Positions 57,673 to 64,000 of a stretch of 64,000 nucleotides of DNA are shown piece by piece. The position numbers and the translations under genes were made by a program. Every line of letters begins with the position of its first letter. Position 1 is the first letter of the stretch. The stretch covers positions 2,818,165 to 2,882,164 of the forward strand of contig CAVWRG010000003.1 in the NCBI GenBank assembly GCA_963757355.1, in the 5' to 3' direction. This DNA comes from an uncultured Acidobacteriota bacterium (GTDB lineage Bacteria; Acidobacteriota; Vicinamibacteria; Vicinamibacterales; CAVVIG01). A model generated the notes under the pieces. The model was not told the DNA's origin. It made no database searches and saw nothing but the letters and a program-made list of their open reading frames with translations.

Positions 57673-58097
57673 TCTGGGAAAGGGACAACGATCATGCAGA
57701 ATGATGGACCTCGTTCGAAAGCGTCGATCAAGCGTCCATGGATTGCGAGACGAAGTCGACATTCTCGATCGCTTCGTCAAGTCTCCGCGAGCCATCGATT
57801 TCAGCTTGGCCTTCCTGACCATCTCGTTCGGACTGATTGATGCCCCTTCGAGCCAGCGTTGAATCTGCAGCACAGTGACTTCATGTTTCACGGCTAAGTG
57901 CGCGTTGGGCTCCAAGTAGTGGCGGTGGAGGAACGAACGCGACCAAGTTGGCAGCATTTCGGCACTCTACCCACGCGGTTACCCACGCGAACCCCGTACC
58001 CACGCGCGTACCCACGCAACTCGGACAGGTTCTGACGGCTTCTGACCGAATACGACGGAGTGGGAATGTGCCGATTGGCTAGGAAATCCGCAAATAT

Positions 58098-58174
58098 TGG
58101 CGCGCCCGCCGCGACTCGAACGCGGGACCCCCGGCTTAGAAGGCCGGTGCTCTATCCAACTGAGCTACGGGCGC
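58098..58174 (-). tRNA. tRNA-Arg (anticodon UCU)
   Basis: GCGCCCGTAGCTCAGTTGGATAGAGCA-CCGGC-CTTCTAA-GCCGG...GTTCGAGTC...CGGGCGCGCCA; 77 nt with encoded CCA. Confidence 0.97.
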
Positions 58175-58296
58175 CTGCCGTCATCCTAGCAGAACACACG
58201 CGCGCGGCTGGCCCCGTCTCGCGTCGCGCAACAGCGCGGTGCGCCGAGCGCCCTCAAGAACGACGGGATTAAAGTCCTGCGCCACGAATGCGCCCG

Positions 58297-60744
58297 TCAT
58301 TCCGCGCGCAGCGCGTACACCGGATCCACCGTCGTCGCCTGCCGCGCCGGGACGTAGCTGGCCAGCCCCGCCGCGCCCGCCAGTCCCAGCGCGACCGCGA
58401 CGTACGTGAGCGGGTCGGTGGCGCTCACGTCGAAGAGCAGCGACGACAGCACCCGCGTCAGCGTGATCGCAACCGCCAGCCCGCACGCGACGCCGATCGC
58501 GGCGAGCCGCACGCCGTGCCCCACGAACAGGCGCGTCACCTCGCCGGCGCGCGCGCCGAGCGCGATCCGGATGCCGATCTCGCGCGTGCGCTGCGACACC
58601 GAGTACGCGATCACGCCATACACGCCCGCCACGCCGAGCAGCAGCGCCATTGCGCCGGCAATCGCGAGCATCACGAGCGTGAACGACGTCCGCGCCATCG
58701 ATTGCCGGAACACGTCCTGCAGCGTCCGGACGCTCGCCAGCGGCAGATTCGGATTCACCGCCCAGACGGCGCGGCCGATCTCATCGACGAAGCCGCTCGA
58801 TCCCGTGCGGCGGCTGCGAACCAGATAGACGACCGTCCGGCGGACCGATACGGCGTCGCCCGAGAAATCCGACATCAGGATCGGCCAGTAGATGGTGCTC
58901 GGCGCGGGCTGATCGAGGCCGTCATCGCGTTCGTCGCCGACGACGCCGACGACTTCGCGCCAGGGCGCTTTTGGACTGTCGCGGACGCGCTTGCCGATGG
59001 CCGCGCCCGGATCGTGCCAGAGCTCGCGCGCGAGGTTCTCGGACACCATCACGACGGGGCGCTTGTCGTACACCTCTTCCCACGTCAAATCGCGCCCCGC
59101 AATCAGCGGCACGCCCAGGGTCGCCCGTGCCCCGGGCGCCACGAACCTGAAGCGGCGCAGCGGCGGAATCTTCGATTCGGCGTAGACGTGATCTTCCGCG
59201 AACACCGCATCGCGCCGTCCGTTGCTCAACATCGGCACGTCGCTGGTGATACCGACCGAGGCGACGCCGGGAATCGCGGCGATTTTGTCGGCGATGCTCT
59301 GCTCCATACGGATCGTCTGCGCCGGATCTGGCACCTGCGCTTCGGGAATGTACAAGCGCAGCGTCTGGACTTCTTCGGGCGCGGAGAACCCGGGATTCAC
59401 GCGCTTCAACGCTTGAAACGTCCGGATCATCAGCCCCGAGCCGACCAGCAGCACCATCGCCAGCGCCACCTGGACGATGACGAGCGTGTTGCGCGCGCGA
59501 TGCCGTTCTTTGCTCTGACTGATGGTGCGTCCACCCGCGCGCAGCGATCCGGCCAGCTGCGGCCGCACGTACTTGACGACCGGAATCAGTCCGAACAGCA
59601 GACCCGCAACGATCGAGATCGCGAATGTGAACGCCAGCACCGCGCCATCGATGCCGATCTCGTCGAGGCGCGGCAGGCTGGCCGGCGCGACGACGACGAG
59701 TACGCGCAGAGCGGCGGCGGCGATGCCGAGTCCGAGCACGCCGCCGAGCACGCCCAGCGTGACGCTTTCGAGCAGCAGCTCGCGCGCAATCTGCGGCCAG
59801 CCGGCGCCCAGCGCCGCGCGAATCGCGAGCTCCTGCTGGCGTCCTTCGGCGCGCACGAGCAACAGGTTGGCAACGTTGGCGCACGCGATGAGCAGCACGA
59901 GCGCAATCGTGCCCATCAAGACCCAGAGCACTCCGCCGATGTCGCCGATCAGCTGATCTTTCAGCGGACGCAGCGCCGGCATCAGACGCGCGTCGCCGAA
60001 CATCTTGGCGTTGAAGCCGGGATACGGCGGGTAGCGCTGGAGCGCGATCGGCACGAGCCGCGCGGCGTCGGCATTGGCCTTCGCGAGAGTCACTCCTGGC
60101 GCGAGCCGCGCGATGGCGGAGAAGCTGAAGTTCCCGAGATAAATCTTGGCCGGATCCATGCGCATCGGTTTGAAGAAGGCCGGCTTTCGATCGAGGAACC
60201 GAAAGCTCTCGGGCAGGACGCCGATGATCTCGCGAGGCCGGCCGTCGACCATGAGCGACTGGCCGATCGCGCCGGCATCGCCGCCGAACTTCGTCTGCCA
60301 GTAGCCGTGCGACAGCACCACCGTCTCGGCGCCGCCCGGCGAATCATCCTCGCGCGTGAAGACGCGGCCGAGCGCCGGCCGGGCACCGAGAATCGGGAGT
60401 ATGCCGTCGGTTACGGCGATGCAGACAACCTCTTCGGGGTCGGCACGCCCCGTGACCGATGCCGTGTCGTTGACCCACAGCCCGATGTCTTCGAACGATC
60501 GCTCCTGCTCGCGATAGATCGCATAGAGAAATGGCGCAGCGCCCCCATGCGCGACGCCGATGCCGAGCGCTGAGTGGTCGACGTCCACGAGCCGATCGGC
60601 CTGTGGGTACGGCAGCGGCTTCAGCAGCACGCCTTGAATCACGCTGAAGATCGCCGTGTTCGCCCCGATGCCGATCCCGAGCGTCGCCACCGCCACCGCC
60701 GTGAAAATCGGCAGCTGGACCAAGCGCCGAATCACATGTCGCAT
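58297..60744 (-). CDS. ADOP duplicated ABC permease
   Basis: LLKPLPY, ACANVANLLLVRAEGRQQELAIRAALGA, PARQATTVDPVYALRAE. Confidence 0.95.
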   Translation of the reverse strand: MRHVIRRLVQLPIFTAVAVATLGIGIGANTAIFSVIQGVLLKPLPYPQADRLVDVDHSALGIGVAHGGAAPFLYAIYREQERSFEDIGLWVNDTASVTGRADPEEVVCIAVTDGILPILGARPALGRVFTREDDSPGGAETVVLSHGYWQTKFGGDAGAIGQSLMVDGRPREIIGVLPESFRFLDRKPAFFKPMRMDPAKIYLGNFSFSAIARLAPGVTLAKANADAARLVPIALQRYPPYPGFNAKMFGDARLMPALRPLKDQLIGDIGGVLWVLMGTIALVLLIACANVANLLLVRAEGRQQELAIRAALGAGWPQIARELLLESVTLGVLGGVLGLGIAAAALRVLVVVAPASLPRLDEIGIDGAVLAFTFAISIVAGLLFGLIPVVKYVRPQLAGSLRAGGRTISQSKERHRARNTLVIVQVALAMVLLVGSGLMIRTFQALKRVNPGFSAPEEVQTLRLYIPEAQVPDPAQTIRMEQSIADKIAAIPGVASVGITSDVPMLSNGRRDAVFAEDHVYAESKIPPLRRFRFVAPGARATLGVPLIAGRDLTWEEVYDKRPVVMVSENLARELWHDPGAAIGKRVRDSPKAPWREVVGVVGDERDDGLDQPAPSTIYWPILMSDFSGDAVSVRRTVVYLVRSRRTGSSGFVDEIGRAVWAVNPNLPLASVRTLQDVFRQSMARTSFTLVMLAIAGAMALLLGVAGVYGVIAYSVSQRTREIGIRIALGARAGEVTRLFVGHGVRLAAIGVACGLAVAITLTRVLSSLLFDVSATDPLTYVAVALGLAGAAGLASYVPARQATTVDPVYALRAE

Positions 60745-60802
60745 GCGTGTAGATACGCAATCGACAATCGCTTTGTTGCCTCGCCGCCGGTTGATCGCCG
60801 CG

Positions 60803-60818
60803 TGGCACCGCGATTGCT
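60803..60818 (+). promoter_or_regulatory. Strong sigma-54 consensus with no evident downstream CDS
   Basis: TGGCACCGCGATTGCT. Confidence 0.55.
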
Positions 60819-60922
60819 CTCATCAAAGCGACCGCGCCCGTTCGGCTCTCTGCCGCACGGCAACACACCCGCCTCACGAACGGAGGGCCGCACCAGAAGC
60901 CCTCCGGCTCGCCATGTACATG

Positions 60923-60982
60923 GAAAAAGGGACCGTACCCCTTTTTCTCGCGATCAACTGAAAAAGGGGTACGGCCCCTTTC
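60923..60982. repeat. Inverted pair of REP-like palindromes (possible terminator)
   Basis: AAAGGGACCGTACCCCTTTTTC ... GAAAAAGGGGTACGGCCCCTTT (21/22 complementary). Confidence 0.7.
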
Positions 60983-61030
60983 GGGGGCGCCACACACGCG
61001 CGTGTGATGGACGTGTGTGGTTATCGCGGC

Positions 61031-61813
61031 TTATCGCGGCGGGCAGTTACCCGATATCGCCATCACGCTCTGTACGCGGAATTCTGGCAACGCGGCTGGT
61101 GCCGTCGCGGCGCCAGGCGTCCCAGTGCTCGCCGCGCCGGTGGCGCTAGTCGCACTCGCCGGCGGCGCCAATGTACCGACCATCTGCACGCGCTGACCGC
61201 GGAAGCCCGAGACGTCGACGCCGCTCAGCTGATAACCCGCAGGTGTGGATCCCGCCGGCGTTGTGACGCCGGGAGTCGGCGATCCAACCGCTGGCGATCC
61301 AGCCGCCGGCGTCGTTGGCGACGTCGTGGTTGGTGGCATCGTCGTCGTTGGCGGCATCGTGCCTGCGGTTCCGGTCGTGCCGCTCGTCCCGGCCGTTTCA
61401 GCCGTTCCGGTTGCGCCGGCTGTCGCGGCCGTGCCAGCGCCGGTGCCCGCGGTTCCAGTCGTTCCGGTCGCCGTTCCGGTGCCGGTGGTTCCGGCTGTTC
61501 CAGTCGGCGGCGTTGGGACAGCGCCCGATGAGCCTGCCGCGCCGGCCGTGCCGGCTGCGCCCGTTGACGCCGGCGGCACTGCACCGCTCGCCATCTGGCC
61601 AGGTGCTGCCGTACCAGCTCCGGCCGTCACGTTCGAGAGCGTGAACGGATCAGACGACGAGGCGCCGCCGCCGACGCAGCCGATGAGCGTCATCGTTTGC
61701 GTCGGCGATCCCGTCATGGATCCGGTCTGGCTCGTGGGCGTTTGCGTACTCTGGCCCGCGAAGGCGGCCGCTGCGCAGGCAAATGCGAGTCCAGTCAGCA
61801 GAGGTGTTTTCAT
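61031..61813 (-). CDS. Secreted Thr/Gly/Ala/Pro-rich low-complexity protein
   Basis: AAGGGAG RBS; signal MKTPLLTGLAFACAAAAFA; small domain (MTLIGCV...YQLSG...QRVQMVGTL...ISGNC) split by a long linker. Confidence 0.8.
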   Translation of the reverse strand: MKTPLLTGLAFACAAAAFAGQSTQTPTSQTGSMTGSPTQTMTLIGCVGGGASSSDPFTLSNVTAGAGTAAPGQMASGAVPPASTGAAGTAGAAGSSGAVPTPPTGTAGTTGTGTATGTTGTAGTGAGTAATAGATGTAETAGTSGTTGTAGTMPPTTTMPPTTTSPTTPAAGSPAVGSPTPGVTTPAGSTPAGYQLSGVDVSGFRGQRVQMVGTLAPPASATSATGAASTGTPGAATAPAALPEFRVQSVMAISGNCPPR

Positions 61814-61845
61814 GAGTTGCTCCCTTGATGACACAGCCGATTGAC

Positions 61846-61861
61846 TGCAATCACACCGCCA
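61846..61861 (-). promoter_or_regulatory. Putative sigma-54 promoter
   Basis: Minus strand TGGCGGTGTGATTGCA, 32 bp upstream of the ATG at 61813. Confidence 0.5.
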
Positions 61862-61895
61862 CCGGAGCGAACGGCTGGGCACACCGACCTCAGGA

Positions 61896-62534
61896 TTACC
61901 GGCCGGTGTGTCTGAAGCGCCTCACTTTGTTGCGATTGCCACAGGCTTTCATGTCGCACCACCGCCGCGTGTGGCTGCGCGTGGTATCGAGGAACAGCCA
62001 CCGGCAGGTGTCGTCGGCGCAGGCGCGCACGCGCGCGATGGCGTCGGTCGTCAACAGCTCGACGGCGGCGCGAATCACCGGCCCGATTATCTCGTCGCCG
62101 AGCGACCGTGCACGATCGCCCTGCGTGATCAGCGCGAGGCCGCTGCCGCGCGGCGTCAGGCGCAGGCGCGACAGCGCGGTGTGAACGTGGCCGTTGAGCA
62201 GGTCGAGATCTGCGGCGGCAGGCTGGCGTGTCTGGGCGGCGGCGGCGATGGCTCGATACAGCGCCTCCCGTAATTCAAGTGCGTCCGACAGCGCCGCGCG
62301 CGCTGCCGCCGGCTTCTGCGCGGCCGTGCGGCGCAGCCGCTGCGCGCCCGTGCGCGCGAGAACCCCGCGCGCTTCAGCCCACGCCACCAGATCGCCGAAC
62401 GTCCGCAGATGCTCCTCCGGCTCGGCGCCGCGCGATCCGACGGTGTTCGTGAAGTCGATGGCGAGGTGGCCGCCGCAGAAATCGAACGTGTAGCCAGGCT
62501 CCGAGCGCTGCGCGGCCGCTGGTGATGTAACCAT
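61896..62534 (-). CDS. ABATE / CGNR zinc-finger protein
   Basis: LAIDFTNT; RVRACADDTCRWLFLDTTRSHTRRWCDMKACGNRNKVRRFR. Confidence 0.95.
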   Translation of the reverse strand: MVTSPAAAQRSEPGYTFDFCGGHLAIDFTNTVGSRGAEPEEHLRTFGDLVAWAEARGVLARTGAQRLRRTAAQKPAAARAALSDALELREALYRAIAAAAQTRQPAAADLDLLNGHVHTALSRLRLTPRGSGLALITQGDRARSLGDEIIGPVIRAAVELLTTDAIARVRACADDTCRWLFLDTTRSHTRRWCDMKACGNRNKVRRFRHTGR

Positions 62535-62598
62535 CAAAATGTACTTGACAGGTTACCATCCAGAAGGTGTAACCTTCAACAATTGTTTTGGAGGTTAC
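62527..62598. promoter_or_regulatory. Two GTAACC-N18-GGTTAC palindromic sites
   Basis: 62527-62556 and 62569-62598, identical spacing; TTGACA inside the first. Confidence 0.75.
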
Positions 62599-62604
62599 AC
62601 GCCC

Positions 62605-63498
62605 GTGACGACCGCCGCCTACGCCGCGATTTACCTGATCTGGGGCTCGACCTTCCTCGCCATCAGCCTGGCGGTCCGGTCGATTCCGCCGCTGCTGATG
62701 ATGGGCGTCCGCTGCACCGCCGCCGGCGTGCTGCTGCTTGCGTGGGCGCTCGCCCGGCGCGAGCTCGCCGCGCCGCGGCACTGGGGGCACGCCGCCGTCG
62801 CCGGCACACTGATGTTCGCCGGCGCCTACGGCACGCTTGCGTGGGCAGAGCAGCAGCTCACCTCCGGCATCGCCGCGCTGCTGTCGGCGACGACGCCGTT
62901 CTGGCTCGTGGCGTTCGAGTGGTCGAGCGGCTCGAGGCCGAGCACGCGCACGATGGCGGGATTGGTCATCGGCCTGGTGGGCGTCGCGCTGCTCGTCGAC
63001 GGCGCATCGGCGCACCCGCTGCGAGTCGCGCCGATCGTCGCCATTCTCGCGGGGACCGGCGCGTGGGCAGCGGGATCGCTCTACGCGCGTCCGCCGCGCG
63101 TGCCCTGCTCGCTGGCGCTCTCGGCTGGCATCTCGCTCGTCGCTGGCGGCGCAGGTCTGCTGCTGGCGTCCTGGGGGACGCACGAGCTTGCCGGTTTCGA
63201 TCTGCGGATGGTGTCGCCGGTCTCCGCCGCGGCGCTCGCGTATCTCGTCGTCTTTGGCTCGATCGTGGCGTTCACCGCGTATTCGTTTCTGATGCGCGTC
63301 GCCCCGCCCGCACGGGTCGCCACGTACGCGTACGTCAACCCGATCGTGGCGGTGGGGCTTGGATCGGCGCTTGCGGGCGAGCAGTTGTCGGCCGGTATGG
63401 TCTCAGCGGGCCTGGTGATTGCCGCCGGGGTTGCAATCACGATCGCAGGGCGGCGCCTTACTGGCCGGGAGGGGCAGGAAGGGCAGGAGGGGGCATGA
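62605..63498 (+). CDS. EamA/DMT family transporter
   Basis: IYLIWGSTFLAI, YLVVFGSIVAFTAY, TYAYVNPIVAV; GGAGG RBS before GTG. Confidence 0.93.
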   Translation: MTTAAYAAIYLIWGSTFLAISLAVRSIPPLLMMGVRCTAAGVLLLAWALARRELAAPRHWGHAAVAGTLMFAGAYGTLAWAEQQLTSGIAALLSATTPFWLVAFEWSSGSRPSTRTMAGLVIGLVGVALLVDGASAHPLRVAPIVAILAGTGAWAAGSLYARPPRVPCSLALSAGISLVAGGAGLLLASWGTHELAGFDLRMVSPVSAAALAYLVVFGSIVAFTAYSFLMRVAPPARVATYAYVNPIVAVGLGSALAGEQLSAGMVSAGLVIAAGVAITIAGRRLTGREGQEGQEGA

Positions 63499-63953
63499 CG
63501 CCGATCGATGTTCTGTTGTCGTTGATTGACGAAGCGTTCGACCACAAAGCGTGGCACGGTCCGACGCTGCTTGGGGCGATTCGCGGCGTGACCGCCGCGC
63601 AGGCCGAGCGGCGACCGGCGCGCGGACGCCACAGCATCCGGGAGCTCACGGTCCACGCCGCGTATTGGAAATATGCCGTGCGGCGCCGCCTCACCGGAGC
63701 CAAGCGCGCGTCGTTCGCGCTCGAGGGCAGCAACTGGTTCGAGGGCGGCGGCACGCGTGCGTGGAAAGACGATGTGCGGCTGCTGGTGGACGAGCACGCG
63801 AAGCTGCGTGCGGCCGTTGCCGCGTTTCCGGTGCGCGCGCTCGACAAACCGGTGGACGCGAAGCAGCAGACAGCCGTCTACACGATCCGCGGCATCGCTG
63901 CGCACGACATCTATCACGCGGGGCAGATTCAGTTGATCAAGAAGCTGGTCTAA
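63495..63953 (+). CDS. DinB family protein
   Basis: AWHGP, HSIRELTVH, HDIYHAGQI; ATGA overlap with the EamA gene. Confidence 0.9.
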   Translation: MTPIDVLLSLIDEAFDHKAWHGPTLLGAIRGVTAAQAERRPARGRHSIRELTVHAAYWKYAVRRRLTGAKRASFALEGSNWFEGGGTRAWKDDVRLLVDEHAKLRAAVAAFPVRALDKPVDAKQQTAVYTIRGIAAHDIYHAGQIQLIKKLV

Positions 63954-64000
63954 GGGCAGGTAGGGCAGGTAGGGCAGGTAGGGCAGGTTGGGCAGGTAGG
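63954..64000 (+). repeat. 9-bp tandem repeat GGGCAGGTA (at least 5 copies, runs off the window)
   Basis: Directly visible; related GGGCAGGAA/GGGCAGGAG units at 63472-63489. Confidence 0.9.

Larger units (their letters stand above)
46898..58097. mobile_element. Integrative island A at tRNA-Arg(UCU)
   Basis: Bounded by the intact tRNA and its 3'-half copy; TACCCAC(GC) repeats at 46945, 46958 and 57968, 57980, 57997, 58009; no integrase seen. Confidence 0.8.

Noticed and set aside
57184..57957. 257-aa minus-strand ORF
   Set aside because: Mostly antisense to the basic protein; only the first ~58 codons might be a gene remnant, unidentifiable
1..64000. CRISPR array, integron attC array, DGR or retron
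   Set aside because: No regularly spaced repeat-spacer array, and no cas, integron integrase or reverse transcriptase recognised

Overview
High-GC bacterial window, most consistent with Acidobacteriota (inferred from the acidobacterial PadR / duplicated-orphan-permease (ADOP) content). Core-like genes flank it: an alpha-2-macroglobulin-family gene on the left, and tRNA-Arg(UCU), an ADOP permease, a CGNR regulator, EamA and DinB on the right. Between them lies a ~54-kb accessory region. (1) From ~4.2 to 40.8 kb: a patchwork of hydrolases, secreted proteins, three PadR genes and five ADOP permeases. A 23-bp operator overlapping an 'MST' start recurs at six loci, one of them an in-frame padR-to-ADOP deletion scar. 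An IS1202-type element is also present. (2) From 40.9 to 58.1 kb: two tandem, integrase-less islands delimited by copies of the tRNA-Arg 3' half, each with its own terminal repeat motif. Cargo includes ParDE, IS630, a lasso-cyclase-like remnant and an ADOP gene flanked by 92-bp direct repeats. It also includes a divergent four-gene module (GGDEF protein; RNAP alpha-CTD/sigma-region-4 fusion; winged-helix protein; GHKL/MORC ATPase), the best candidate here for an undescribed defence or conflict system. All calls come from manual motif recognition; no database searches were run.
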